Source of the DNA: Octopus vulgaris
Taxonomy: Eukaryota
DNA: 64,000 bases
Reading direction: 5' to 3'
NCBI GenBank assembly: GCA_951406725.2
Contig: OX597814.1
Coordinates: 196,788,001-196,852,000, forward strand
The position numbers and the translations under genes are program-made. The notes below the pieces were generated by a model that did not search any database, was not told the DNA's origin, and saw only the letters and a list, made by a program, of their open reading frames with translations. Below, one piece after another: positions 27,832 to 41,557 of the stretch. Positions within the stretch are counted from its first letter, which is position 1; each line of letters starts with the position of its first letter.

Positions 27832-27836
<5 letters not shown>
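27563..27836 (+). mobile_element. tRNA-derived SINE, family D
   Basis: TGGCCCAGTAG A box, GGTTTCGATTCCC B box, (TCACGGTGA)2 tail. Confidence 0.7.
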
Positions 27837-27897
<61 letters not shown>

Positions 27898-27907
27898 TAT
27901 ATATATG

Positions 27908-28705
27908 TATATATATATAAAACTGAGAATGTGTGTCTGTCTGTCTGTCTGTCTGTGTGTTTCCCTAAAACTTGAGAACTACACTACCAATTTCATTCAA
28001 ATTTTACACATGCCTTACTTAGGGTCCGGGGAGTGTAATCGGCAAAAACAATTTTTAACTTTTTGCCTAGGGCGAGCCCACAGCAATATCATATCTTCTC
28101 CACCACGATTCCCTAAAACTTGAGAACTATACAACCAATTTCATTCAAATTTTACACATGCCTTACTTAGTGTCCATGTAGTTTCATGGGCAAAAAAAGT
28201 TCAACTTCTTGCCTAGAGCGAGCCCATAGCAATATCATATCTTCTACACTATTTCAGTATTACGTGTTAAAAGTGAAACAAAAACATTTCTCTATTTTAT
28301 GTCAGATACTTTCACTTTAACAATAAAAATAATAATAACAATTGAATTATATGTAGTAAGTAATAATTAAAATCAAATTAAAGTATAATATAATCGTAAT
28401 ATAACAAAAGTAAAAATAGCAATTGGTATACAATTGCATCAATGACTTGAACTTGAATAAGTGGTTTCACATGAATGGGAATAAATTAAAAATAAAATTA
28501 GCGTGCAGAAATGGAATAATCCTACAATTCCAGTCTGTTATATATTTTCAATATTGTTATCACTAGCGATATCAAGATATAACTTTGTATTTTGTAATTT
28601 ATGTGTAGAAGTATATATAGATGTACATGTAATATGTACACATATACATACACATCTATACATGCACTAACACTATAACCCGGCAAAGACGGGTCATAAC
28701 GCTAG
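27908..28705 (+). mobile_element. Non-autonomous Helitron with 5' (TCTG)n and internal ~148-bp tandem duplication
   Basis: TATATAAAACTGAGAATGTGTGTCTGTCTG start; TTCCCTAAAACTTGAGAACTA at 27961 and ~28109; hairpin ACCCGGCAAAGACGGGT (28678-28694) then CTAG|T. Confidence 0.78.
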
Positions 28706-28761
<56 letters not shown>

Positions 28762-28764
<3 letters not shown>

Positions 28765-29530
28765 TCTGTTAATATCAGATCTTGGATCTGATATTAACAA
28801 AACACTCTAGTTTCATTCACAGCATTTCAGTTGAAGAGATTGTCCTCTCGGACCACGATATGATACTCTGCAACTTCAATTTCCAGCATATCAAAACCAA
28901 ACCAGTCAGTCCCTTATTTGACAACATAGACTTCCACAAAACGGACTGTGAAGCAATCAGAAATAATCTGCCCTTTATCGTCTGGTCCTTCACTCTAAGT
29001 TTCACTGACATTGAAACCACATGGCAGCGCTTTGAGAACATAGTTACCTATATATGCTCAAAACACGCTTCTACGAAATTCACTAGCACAAAGAGAAAGA
29101 GGTTCCCTAGAGTGAAATAAAAAGCACCGCATCAGGAGCATCAAAAATCTTTATTACAAAACCAACCAATTAAAATAGTTCCACATACAGCATGAACAGT
29201 TAACAACAATGGAAAACCTGAAGTTGGAAAAATTTCATCTCAGATCAACATAAAACCCTGCATTGAAAATCAAAGAGCTGCAGAGGAACAGTGGGTAATA
29301 AAAAAAATTAAACAGAACCCGAAAGTGTTCTATTCATATGCAAATAAGCATACGATTGTTGTCTGACCCGTTTGGTCCACTGATCGATGATAATGGTAGC
29401 TTCCAACATGATGCTAAAGAAATAGCAGAAGTATTGCAACATGATGCAGTACTTCAATGTGATGCTAAAGTTCTCCCATATGATGCTAAAGAAATGGCAA
29501 AAGTACTGCGGAAGCAATACTGCTCTATTA
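28762..29530 (+). pseudogene. CR1/jockey-group LINE fragment (EN C-terminus and linker)
   Basis: LDLILT...SDHDMILCNF; IKQNPKVFYSYANK; GPLIDDNG...DAKEMAKVLRKQY. Confidence 0.8.
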
Positions 29531-29569
29531 AGGTGGCGAACTGGCAGAAACGTTAGCAAGCCGGGCAAA

Positions 29570-29830
29570 ATGCATAGCGGTTATGAGGGCGTAAATACAC
29601 CAGCATCGGTGGCCAAGTGATGTTCGGGGGAACAAACACAGACACACAGACATACACACACACATACATATATATACAACGGGCTTCTTTCAGTTTCCCT
29701 CTACCAAATCCACTCACAAGGCTTTGATCGGCTCGAGGCTGTAGTAGAGCACACTTGCCCAAGTTGCCATGCAGTGGGACTGAACCCGGAATCATGTGGT
29801 TGGTAAGCAAGCTATTTACCACACAGGCAC
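29570..29830 (-). mobile_element. SINE family A, abutting a family B head at 29530-29580 (+)
   Basis: Homology to the other A and B copies. Confidence 0.8.
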
Positions 29831-29858
29831 TCTTACACCTGTTGTATTTTTTTTTTAA

Positions 29859-30246
29859 TTTTCAAAAACTTTTGGCAAATTTATGTTCTACACAAGGGAA
29901 ATTATATGACAATGCAAAAACCTTTCAAAAGATGTTTTGCGTAATTTAAGTGGTATTTATCTGTTATTTTTAGTATATCTGACGACCATGTCATACCGTC
30001 TGTTTTTCACTCTGACTTATTGATGGCTTTCAATATCTCCCCACCGACACCCCATAAATATATTTACTTGTCTATTGCTAGGATTTAAGTCAGACATTCG
30101 GAATGCTCGTATTTTAAACTAAGTTTTTTTTTAAATTTGAATAATCAAAACAAACAAAAAATTATTTCGGAAAATTGAATTTCTGTTTTTGATAGTCGTA
30201 TGAATTTCCGTTTGTAGAACACAAATTCACAAAAATCTTCTGAAAA
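29859..30246. mobile_element. MITE-like element with ~55-bp degenerate inverted termini
   Basis: AATTTATGTTCTACACAAGGGAAATTATATGAC vs GTCGTATGAATTTCCGTTTGTAGAACACAAATT. Confidence 0.55.
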
Positions 30247-30267
30247 TTCCGAAAATTAAAATTAAAA

Positions 30268-30417
30268 TGGAGTGGCTGTGGAGTAAGAAACTTGCTTCAC
30301 AACTACTTGGTTCCGGGTTGAGTCCCACTGCGTGGCATCATCAGCGTCTACCACTATATAATCGGGCAGACCAAAACCTTGTGGGTGGATTTGGTAGACG
30401 GAAACTGAAATAAGCCG

Positions 30418-30451
<34 letters not shown>

Positions 30452-30558
30452 ATATTTGTGTACGTGTGCGTGTGTGTGTGTGTGCGCGCGCGTGTATGTG
30501 TGTGTTAGTTTATATGTGTGTGTGTCTGACTGTGTTTGTATGTATGCTTGTATATAAG

Positions 30559-30613
<55 letters not shown>

Positions 30614-30825
30614 ATATACCTGTGTGTGTGTGTCTGTTGTGTTTGTTCCCCCACCATCGCTTGACAACAGATCTTGTGCTTACGTCCCCGTAATCTAGCG
30701 TTTCGACAAAGCGACCGATAGAATAAGTAGAAGACTTAGAAAGAATAAATCCTGGATTCGATTTGTTCGACTAAAGGCGCTGCTCCAGCATGACCACCGT
30801 CAAATGCCTGAAACAAGTAAAAGAA
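30268..30825 (+). mobile_element. SINE family A, diverged
   Basis: GGAGTGGCTGTGG...GGTTCCGGGTTGAGTCCCACTGCGTGGC...GAAACAAGTAAAAG. Confidence 0.85.
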
Positions 30826-32083
30826 AGGTGTTATATGCCGTGCGTAAAGCGGAATTGCGTTACGCACGGCATTTATACGCACTTAAACGTGAATATTCCA
30901 TTAGTATGACCTTTACTGCGGTAGTTACCATAAGAGAAACCCTGGTATTGGCTTTTTAGTGCAAAAATACACTCTTGTTTATATCACTAAAGGGGAGATA
31001 ATTCTCTAACTCCAGCCTCTCTGTCGCTAATATATATAGTTTAACATGCTAACTCGCTAATAGCGACAGCAGCGCCTATCCTGGCCACTGTCAATTTATA
31101 TATCGCTGACAGATATATGAATCACTGCTTTCTCTCGCGGTCATGTGTTCCATCATTTACACGAGTAAACAATGTCAAAATCACGTGCAATGCACCAAAA
31201 AACCAGTACGAGATTTGTTTCTCATGGTAAAGTTTGTTCTAATAGAAACCAATACGTTATGTTTCCAGTTTCGTCATACTGCACACGATTAATGAACGTA
31301 GAGCCGTTACACAGATTCCTTGCGTAACCATAACAATTGGTCCACCTTGTACAAAAGGCAAGCGAAGTACTTAGCGAGGATCTTAATACAGAATGACATA
31401 TGGAATGAAGTTAAGAAGCCATAGAAAATTGCTTCTTAGGGATATTTCATTAGTCAAGGAAGAGGTTATTATGGACATCACTGGGATCAGAGGTAAATCG
31501 GATAAACAGATAGCAAAATATATACTCTTTTACTCTTTTATTTGTTTCAGTCATATGACTGTGACCATGCTGGAGCAACGCCTTTAGTCGAGCAAATCTA
31601 CCCGAGGAGTTATTATTAGGATGCCTAGTACTTATTCTATCGCTCTCTTTTGCCGAACCGCTAAGTTACGGGGACGTAAACACACCACCGTCGGCTGTCA
31701 AGCGATGTTGGGGGGACAAACACAGTCACACAAACATATAACCACACATAAATATACATATACGTACAGTGGCGGCCAAAATGTTCAGAATGGCATTGTT
31801 TTCGTCAGAAAAGTAGATGTAATTTTTTATCAAAGTTGTTTTATATCCTATAATTTTCACAGGCATTAAATACGATATTATTTGTTATTGCCTGAGATAT
31901 TGGTGTAATTTGAGAGGATAATACAAAAGTTATGGATGATTTAGTGATTTACTGCAAAACCCATGGCGGCCAAAATGATCAGAACGGTTTTTGAATTTGT
32001 TTATATATGTTTTGAATTTGTTTATATAACGGTTCGTTTACTAAACATTAGTAAGAATATTTGCAGTGTACTTTGTTAATATA

Positions 32084-32907
32084 ATGCCACTTACTCCGTT
32101 ACCAATTCGTCAGGAGATTATTAAGCTTCGAAGGAAGGATAATTTAAGTATTGGATCTATTGCAAAGATTGTTAACAAGTCAAAAAGTGTTGTACACGGC
32201 ATTCTTAAGGTCTACGATGATTGTGGTTCGTGTGAAGCAAGATAGTTTACAGGTAGGCCAAGAAAAACGACCAAGAGAGAAGATCGTGCTATGGTAAAGT
32301 TGGTTAAAAAGGACAGATTTAAAACTGCTGCTGCTGTTTCTCGGAAAATGAGCATTGTATTGAAGAAAACTTTATCTCGAAAAACTGTGTCTCGTCCTTT
32401 AGTTGAACATGACCTACAAGCGAGAGCACCTGCAGTGAAGCCACTGATCAGCTCCAAGAATAAAAAGTGTCGTCTTACCTTTGCAACCAAACATGTGTTG
32501 TGGTCTCAAGAAAAATGGCAAACGGTGCATTTCAGTGATGAATCTAAGTTTATGCTATTTGGCTCAAATGGGAAAAGGTATGTTCGTAGGAAAGTAGTTG
32601 AAAAATTGTCGCTTAAATGCCTTAAGACTAGTGTTAAATTCGGTGGAGGAAGTGTCATGGTTTGGAGGATGATATCTGGAGATGGTGTGGGCCCTTTGGT
32701 GCGATTTTCAATCCTATTGAAAATGTATGGAATATTCTAGGAGAATGTTCGAAAGCCAGAAATCCTAAAACAACTGAGCAATTATGGAATGCCCTTCAGG
32801 AAGAATGGAATACGATCACCCAGCAAGAAATTGAAAATTTTATTTCCTCATGCAGTCAAAGATGTCAGAGTGTGATTGAAGCTAAAGGGCTTCACACTAA
32901 ATATTAA
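32084..32907 (+). pseudogene. Tc1 transposase, disrupted
   Basis: GRPRKT, VHFSDESKF, KFGGGSVMVW, FNPIENVW, AKGLHTKY*; premature stop near 32240 and deletion of the second-Asp region. Confidence 0.92.
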
Positions 32908-33136
32908 ATAATTCCAGTATTCTCTGTCATTTTTTATTATTTTGTTATTTTTTCAACCGTTCTAATCATTTTGGCCGCCATGGGTTTTGCAGTAAATCAC
33001 TAAATCATCGATAACTTTTGTATTATCCTCTCAAATTACACCAAAATCTGAGACAATAACAATAAATATTGTATTTATTGTCTGCGAAACTTATAGAATA
33101 TAAAACTACTTCGACAAAAAACTTATACTTACTTTT

Positions 33137-33199
<63 letters not shown>

Positions 33200-33227
33200 A
33201 TGTATGTATGTATGTATGTATATATAT

Positions 33228-33550
33228 ATAGTTAATACAAAAAAATACGAAGAAAACCACAAGAAAAAAGAAAAAATATACATATATAGGTGAGAGACCT
33301 GGTATGTGAAAGCACGTGGTTCGATGTATGAAACGCAAAAAAGAGTGAAACAACTGCAGAAGGCTTGTGTTATATGTTTAAAGAATATATTTAAATAGTT
33401 ATGTTAGAAAAATGTTATAAAATTTTGCGTATAGTAACATAGTTTTTGGAGAAATAACCAGTTTCGTATTTTCTTTTCAAATTTCTCAAATTTCTTTACC
33501 TATATCGTGTCATTCTTCATCATGTTAGCGAACATAGCGAAGACGTGACA
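33228..33550. mobile_element. (TA)n-flanked non-coding element inserted in the Tc1 right TIR
   Basis: Reverse-complement copy at 35060-35375; terminus shared with the hammerhead element starting at 35491. Confidence 0.75.
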
Positions 33551-34039
33551 TATATATACGACTGGCTTGCTGACGAAAATAATGCCGTTCTGAACATTTT
33601 GGCCGCAACTGTAAACATATATATATATATATATACGACGGGCTTCTTTTCAGTTTCCGTCTACCAAATCCACTCACAAGGCCTTGGTTGGCCCGAGGCT
33701 ATAGTAGAAGACACTTATCCAAGGTCCACACAGTGGGAGTGAACCAGGAACCATGTGGTTGGTAAGCAAGCTATTTACCACACAGCCACTCCTGCGCCTG
33801 GTACCTCGTGTAAAATATATATATGTGTGTGTGTGTGTGTGTGCGTGCGTGTGTGTGTGTGTACGTGTGTACGTGTGTGTGTGTGTGTGTGTGGTGTGTA
33901 TCCGAGCGGTGTACGAAAAGTTTTTCATGGTCTTTGAGCCTTGTAGTCTTGTACCTTCATCAGAAGTCTTGTTCCATGTTTTGCTTTTTTGAGGCTCAAG
34001 ACATTTCATACACCTTTCGTATTTATATTTTCAATCGAA

Positions 34040-34330
34040 CAATTTGACCCCAAACGTGCCGAAGCGCTAGGTTACGGGGACGTAAACATTCTAACAGCGG
34101 TCGTCAAGCGGTGATGGCGAAAAACACACACACAAACACACACACATACACACATGCACACACACACACACACACACATACACGCATCCACGTCTGCCAT
34201 ATCCACTCACATTGGTTGGTAGGCCTAAGATTATAGGAGATACTTGCCCAAAATACTACACAGTGGGACTGAACCTGGAACCATATGGTTGGGAAGCATG
34301 CTACTTACCACAGAACAACGCCAGCCTGTG
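34040..34330 (-). mobile_element. SINE family A, degenerate
   Basis: GTTACGGGGACGTAAAC...CAGTGGGACTGAACC. Confidence 0.7.
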
Positions 34331-34822
34331 TATATATGTATGTATGCATACATGTATTTATGTATGTGTGTATGAATATATGTATGTATGAATGTATGTA
34401 TGAATATATGTATGCATGTATGAATATATGTATTATGTTTTTATGTATGTATATATGTAGGTATATATGTATGTATGTGTGTTAATATATGTATGTGTAT
34501 GTGTATATTTATGTATATTTAAGCATGTATATATGTATGTATGTATGAATGAATGAATATATGTATGTGTGAATGTATGTGTGTATGAATATGTGTATGT
34601 AAGTATGAATATATGTATGTATATATGTATGTATGTGTGTGGATGTATGTGTATAGATGTATGTATATATGTATGTGTGTGAATGTATGCATGTATGTAT
34701 GTATATATGTATGTGTGTATGTATGTATGAATATATGTATATATGTATGTATGAATGTATGAATATATGTACATATGTATGAATGTATGTATATGTATAT
34801 AAGTATGAGTGTATGTATGAGA

Positions 34823-34853
<31 letters not shown>

Positions 34854-34870
34854 TGTATGCATGTGTGTAT
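34330..34870. repeat. (TATG)n-rich microsatellite
   Basis: Direct inspection. Confidence 0.95.
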
Positions 34871-34886
34871 TTTTCTATGTATGTAA

Positions 34887-35052
34887 TAGGCACAACTGTG
34901 GCTGTGTGGTAATTAGCTTGCTTACCAACCACAGGGTTCTGGAGTCAGTTCCACTGCATGGCAATTTTGGCAAGTGTCTTCTACTATATCCTCGGGCCGA
35001 CTAAACCTTGTTAATGGATATGGTAGACAAAATCTGAAGGAAGCCAGTCGTA
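34887..35052 (+). mobile_element. SINE family A, 5' half
   Basis: GTGGCTGTGTGGTAA...GGCAAGTGTCTTCTACTAT. Confidence 0.8.
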
Positions 35053-35059
35053 TATATAA

Positions 35060-35482
<423 letters not shown>

Positions 35483-35591
35483 TATATACATAGTTAATAC
35501 AAACAAATACGAAGAAAACCACAAGAAAAAACAATAACGCGATGTTGTACATGTAAAGTATTAAAAGACGCTCAGGGAAGGAAAGAAAGGG

Positions 35592-35628
35592 TGTTTTGCG
35601 TTTCGAGCAAAGCTCTTCTTCAGAAACA
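35592..35628 (-). ncRNA. Minimal hammerhead (U16.1 to C)
   Basis: TGTTT-CTGAAGA-A-GAGC TTT GCTC-GAA-ACGc-A-AAACA. Confidence 0.62.
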
Positions 35629-35745
35629 GGAGACAGAGGAAAGTCCAAGAGAGAAGGAAGACGGTGGCAAAAAAAAGTCGCTAACAATCAAATGCGGCGA
35701 TTTTTTTTCCTCTGTCTTCCCTTCTCTGGATCTTTCCTTCTCCTA

Positions 35746-35781
35746 TGTTTCCGACGAAGAGGTCCGCTCGAAACGTTAAAC
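35746..35781 (+). ncRNA. Minimal hammerhead (U4 to C)
   Basis: TGTTT-CcGACGA-A-GAG GTCCG CTC-GAA-ACGT-T-AAAC. Confidence 0.6.
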
Positions 35782-35877
35782 CCTCCTTCTTTCCTTCTTT
35801 CCTGAGCGTGCAATAATACTACATTTGTTCCACGTCCTTGCGATGTTGTGTTTTTTTGTGTTTTCTTGTTTGGATTA

Positions 35878-35932
<55 letters not shown>

Positions 35933-36263
35933 AAAGCAATTAAGATTCAAGTGAGTTCTATTGAATTCACATGAATGCGGTACTTAACTTAGATGCACCA
36001 GAAATCTATATGGTATTAACCATAAGATAATGCGGGGTGATTATAAACAAGAAAAAAGCAACAAAAATGGATCAATGTTTCGGTACAATTGTTTCGTACG
36101 AAGATCACCTTTATTAAGGCTGCAAATATTGCAGCAAATACAAGTGACCCGTACTCATCAGCCGAAAAAACATCTGAGTTCTCAAAACATATATATATAC
36201 ATTTTGGCAGTTATCTATATATATATATATATATAAATATATATATATAAATATATATATATA

Positions 36264-36932
36264 AACTTAGACTTAGATATGTTTCGACCAGAGATTGGTC
36301 CAGGCCATGTCTAACTTAATAGCACCACCTGATAGGATTATTCGAATCCTGTTTAAGTCAAGTTTTGTTCAAGTAGTGAGTTCTTGTTGGGTGAGTTGTA
36401 TCCAGTTTGTTCAAGTAGTGAGTTCTTGTTGGGTGAGTTGTATCCAATTATGGGTGGCTTATCTGGTATTCTTTGAAGGAATCTATCCAGACTCTGTTTA
36501 AAGTTGATGGGATCCTTTTCCTCTTTGATCTCCCTCGGGACAATATTAAATAGGGCAGGGCCTGTTGAGGAAAAGAAATTATGTTGCAGTGTACATGTAT
36601 GTTGTGATCTTGAATTTGGCAGGGGACGTATAGCCCGTGGTCCAAGTCTTGGATGGACTTTGAAGCTAATGTTTAGGTCGTTTGGGCAAAGTTGGCGGTA
36701 TATTTTCCACATCGTACAAATGATGTACCGCTCACGGCGACGCTGGAGGGAGTAAAGTTTCAAGGCTTTAAGGCGATCCCAATAATCGAGAGCAGCCATG
36801 CCTTCAATTTGTTTAGTGAGAGCCCTCTGGGGTGACTCAATTCTGGAGATGTTTTGTCTTGTGTGAGGAGACCACAGTGGGCAGCAGTATTCAAGGTGTG
36901 GCCGTACAAAGGAGGAAAAAAGTGGTATGATG
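36264..36932 (-). pseudogene. CR1-group LINE 3' end (RT C-terminus, 3' UTR, short (CTAAGT)n tail)
   Basis: RPHLEYCCPLWSP; LDYWDRLKALKLYSLQRRRERY...HPRLG...FKQSLDRFLQRIPDKP. Confidence 0.88.
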
Positions 36933-37784
36933 ACATATATTAATATTTAGCAGAAGTAACAGTGTGACTCAAAATCCGAGAGTTTCGTGCGTTGGGTACT
37001 TGATAAGCGCCATTGAAGGCAACTTTCACCCCCTCGACTCGCTCTGCTGCTTCTGCTAAATATTAATATAGATGTATATATATTCCCATCTCTTCAGTTC
37101 TATTGTTTCTTTTCTGTTTGCATCACCCAAATATATATGTGTGAGTGTGTGTGTTAAGCACCTAGTGTGTTGGTATTTTAGAAGAAAGTAATTTTCTAAC
37201 GTAAACGAGAAAGGAGAAACAGAAAGACAGAGAGAAAAGAGAGAGAGAATTGGGAGAGATTTTAATGCTTTAGGAAAGATCATTTATTTGTACACACGCA
37301 CTACATACTTATACACCTATATACCTATACATATATACACCTACAAATATATGCATGTCTGTACACATACACACATGCACATGCGTGTCTATGTTTAACA
37401 GCGCATAGAAAATCATGAAACGGTACTTGATAGCATCAGCATGCATGAGATACAAACATGTGGCTGCGCGCGCACGCTCGTACTCACATGCATAAATTAC
37501 GTCAGACGAGGATATTAATACGTTATGTGACATGGATACAAAGCGATTATTATTTCGCATAGATCAGAAAATAAAGATGCAGGCATGTCTCTCGTCTATA
37601 TTTTTGTATCGTTCATTATGTCCACGTTCGTATCTATATATATACATAAATAGATAGACGTCTATATTTCTGCGTATTTGACTCTTTCGTCTTGTTTTTT
37701 TTTTCCTTGTTTTTTTTCCTATTTATTTAGATCTATCGCTTTCTCTTGCCACTCACTGTTTTGATTGCCTGCATTCGTATTTTT

Positions 37785-37859
<75 letters not shown>

Positions 37860-37944
37860 AGAGAGAGAGAGAAAAGAGAGAGAAATAGATAGATAGAAAG
37901 ACAGATTGATAGAGATATACATACGTACACACATACATGTATAA

Positions 37945-37985
<41 letters not shown>

Positions 37986-38589
37986 TATTTATGTACCTAT
38001 ATGTGCTTATAAATATTCATATATTATATATTATCAATATATTAATGATTATACGTATATAAGTTGTATATATATATATATATATATATCATATATTCAT
38101 AATACATACAAACACACATATATATGTATGCATGCATGTAAATATTGTAACTTGCAACAAATGTGTTGAGTGCCCTTCTTTCTTTTGTCTTCTCACTCGC
38201 ATGTGTGTGTGTGTAATGTGTGTGTGTGTGTGTGTATTGTTGTATGTATATATAAGCATAAATCCGAAAGAAGTACAATCAAAGATATGGAGCAATCAAA
38301 CGAAGTTAACTTGATCGTCAAGGGATCCCATGTTAACTCGCACGAGATTTGATCGAAAATGCGAGAAAAGCAGAGTTAGAGAAGAAAGCATATTTGTGAT
38401 GAAATGACATAAGGGAGGGGGTAAATGACTACCTTTATAATTTTTACATTCTTTAATTTTCTTTTTCATATTTTAGTTTTATTCCTTTATCTTTTTATAC
38501 TTTATATTTTTCGTAATATTTTTGTCTCCCTACACCTTCTCTTTGTACATGTATATATACAAGTGCCCATGCGCGCAATCAGACATAGA

Positions 38590-38712
38590 TATTCCTTTCT
38601 ACTCTAGGCACAAGGTCCGAAATTTGTGGGGAGGGAGCCTGTCGATTAGATCGACCTCAGTATGCAACTAGTACTTAATTTATCTACCCCGAGACAATGA
38701 AAGGCAAAGTCT
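38590..38712 (-). mobile_element. SINE family B, 3' fragment
   Basis: CTAGGCACAAGGTCCGAAATTTG...GAAAGGCAAAGTC. Confidence 0.75.
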
Positions 38713-39715
38713 GTTCCCTAATTTTGAGTTGAGCTGCTAACCGTGAACTATGAAATAACCTTATTTTAGCTCTGATATGGGAAAAATTTATAATCTTCTA
38801 CGTCAATAAACGAGTATTGTTCCTGGAAGTTGTTTTTTATACCTTTTTACGGTGTGCTGAAGGCTCACTAGCTTCCTATGCCTTGGTCCTTGGATCAATC
38901 TGTAATTTGGCAGACATTTTTAGCTCGTGGTAGCAACAACTGGAGTGTCCCTCGTTGGTTCGCGTGAAAGGGATTCTTAAAGGTGAAATGTTGCATGAGT
39001 TGTTTGGCTAGGTTGCGAAACAAACAACGTTAATATCAATGCATTATTTATCGCAATCCGTTCCGTGTTATGAAAGGCAAAACCAAGAGAAGCGAGACAA
39101 ATATAATAAAACAAAAAAAAAATCAGAGAACATGTAACTGAAGGCTTGGTATTCAATACAATAGCATTCAACGATTGAACATAAATCAGTGCTGGATTGA
39201 ACGCCGATCTGTTACAGATAAATGTTGCAAAAGAATATGATATGCTTTCCTATAATACAAAGATATAATAAAAAATTTCATGTTTTGCCCAATGAAACAT
39301 CAGTGAGATGGGAGCAAATATGAAACCCACAATCAGTAGGCTTGTCGCCCGATGTCTTCTCCATTTAGTTATTCCTCCTATGTATAATATGGCGGCTGGC
39401 GTTCTGTTTATTCAGAGTTTCATTTCATATGCTGAATATGATGGTTTCTGTGCTAAAAGATATTCATAATGCTTCATTATATTTTGTAAAAAAAAATGCT
39501 ATATCTAGGAGACAAAATTGAAATGCAATAGCTATTAGTTCATAAATGATACTTTCGTTTAGTATTTACCTTCCTTACTTGGAATAGGCGACAAAATGCA
39601 ATAATATACAACAGTCGTTGAAGTGACTTCATCAGACCATTTACATAAATAGCGTGCTGTATGTCAACAAGGCTCCATTGTTGATACTTTTATATCGACA
39701 GAGAAGTTGGCGCTG

Positions 39716-39723
39716 TCTATCTT

Positions 39724-39814
<91 letters not shown>

Positions 39815-39846
39815 GTGTGCAGCCCTGTGTGGCTAACAAAGAAACA

Positions 39847-39890
<44 letters not shown>

Positions 39891-39892
39891 GT

Positions 39893-39926
<34 letters not shown>

Positions 39927-40080
39927 GATCTATCTATCTATCTACCTGTCTCTCTATCTATCTGTCTGTCTACCTGCCTGTCTGTCTATCAATCTATTTA
40001 TTGATGTATCTACCCACCTATCTATGTAACAACGTATCTAACAAACAATCTATATGCAGATATGTATATGTATGTATATA

Positions 40081-40170
<90 letters not shown>
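39716..40170. repeat. (CTAT)n and (TA)n microsatellites
   Basis: Direct inspection. Confidence 0.95.
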
Positions 40171-40171
<1 letters not shown>

Positions 40172-40462
40172 ACATAGGTGTATATCTGTATATGTGTGTG
40201 TATGTGAGTCAGTGTTTGAGTGCATCCGTGCATGAGTGGGAATGTGCATTAATACATATATGTATATATATGTATCTATTACAACATAAGGAACCATTAA
40301 TCCTGACACGATTTTGTCTCCGCATTTTCCTTTCTCCATTTATTCCTCATTCCTTTCTCGAAGAAACAGCATATGTTCCAAACGTCAAAGACATTTTGAT
40401 TTTCTTCCCAAGCGTTTTTGTTCTTTCATCTATATGGGTTTTTTTTGTACATTTGAACCATG

Positions 40463-40577
<115 letters not shown>

Positions 40578-40724
40578 GTATATATAATCGTCACTAAATG
40601 CGACTAAGGGCGCCGAGACGGCTACGTTACTAGAAATAGAAGTAAAATACTTCTTTTGTTATAGGAAGAGCGAAAATGCATACTCATGCGCCTAGTTCTT
40701 TAGCTTATGTGTCTGTTTTTGTGT

Positions 40725-40727
40725 GTG

Positions 40728-40813
<86 letters not shown>

Positions 40814-40841
40814 TATATCTATATATCTATATCTATATGTA

Positions 40842-40879
<38 letters not shown>

Positions 40880-40928
40880 TAGATAGATAGATAGATAGAT
40901 ATTGATATATATATATATATATATATAT

Positions 40929-41019
<91 letters not shown>

Positions 41020-41047
41020 TGTATATATAATTATATACATATATATA

Positions 41048-41095
<48 letters not shown>
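40725..41095. repeat. (TA)n/(GATA)n microsatellites
   Basis: Direct inspection. Confidence 0.95.
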
Positions 41096-41229
41096 TATAT
41101 ATAAATACACACAAGCACACACATACACTCACACACACATATATATATATACATATGTATATATGTATAATAAAAGTGGCTAGACGTATAAAAGCTAAAA
41201 GGAAACTGTCGCTTGTCAATAGCTCTGAA

Positions 41230-41557
41230 TCAAAGACCCTTAAGCCACCAACATAGCACAAGTATATGTACTTACAGGGAGTTAACCGTCCCATAGCGAG
41301 GGAGCTTACAATATTGGCAAATCAATTCCGCTTAAAATTAAGGCTCATCGCTGATAATTAAACCAAATCCTATTTATCAGTATATAAATTTTTCCATGAT
41401 TCAGCAAAATGATGAACTTTAATTTCAAGCGAAATTGACTTGCCAACATAGAATCCTCGCTCGCTTGCCAATATAGTACCCTCGCTTTTATTGGGGCGGT
41501 TAACTCCCCTGTCAGTACAGATACTTGCGCTATATTTGTGGCTATAAGGGTCTTTGA
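41230..41557. mobile_element. Foldback/MITE-like element with ~120-bp imperfect arms
   Basis: TCAAAGACCCTTA...GGGAGTTAACCG...AATTAAGGCTCATC vs GATGAACTTTAATT...CGGTTAACTCCC...TAAGGGTCTTTGA; a further degenerate arm at ~41770-41910. Confidence 0.7.

Larger units (their letters stand above)
31767..33611 (+). mobile_element. Tc1-family transposon with long IR/DR-type TIRs
   Basis: TA|CAGTGGCGGCCAAAATGTTCAGAA ... TTCTGAACATTTTGGCCGCAACTG|TA; ~220-bp TIRs with an inner repeat GGCGGCCAAAATGATCAGAA. Confidence 0.93.
31522..33800 (-). mobile_element. SINE family A split by a Tc1 insertion
   Basis: 3' half at 31522-31766 and 5' half at 33612-33800 are collinear once the Tc1 is removed. Confidence 0.85.
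35491..35882. mobile_element. Two divergently oriented Penelope-type terminal units, each with a minimal hammerhead, between (TA)n tracts
   Basis: Hammerhead motifs at 35592-35628 (-) and 35746-35781 (+), each followed by CCTGAGCGT and a T-rich end. Confidence 0.7.

Noticed and set aside
39605-39640. CTGATGA-AGTC/GACT hairpin on the minus strand
   Set aside because: No GAAA or stem III follows
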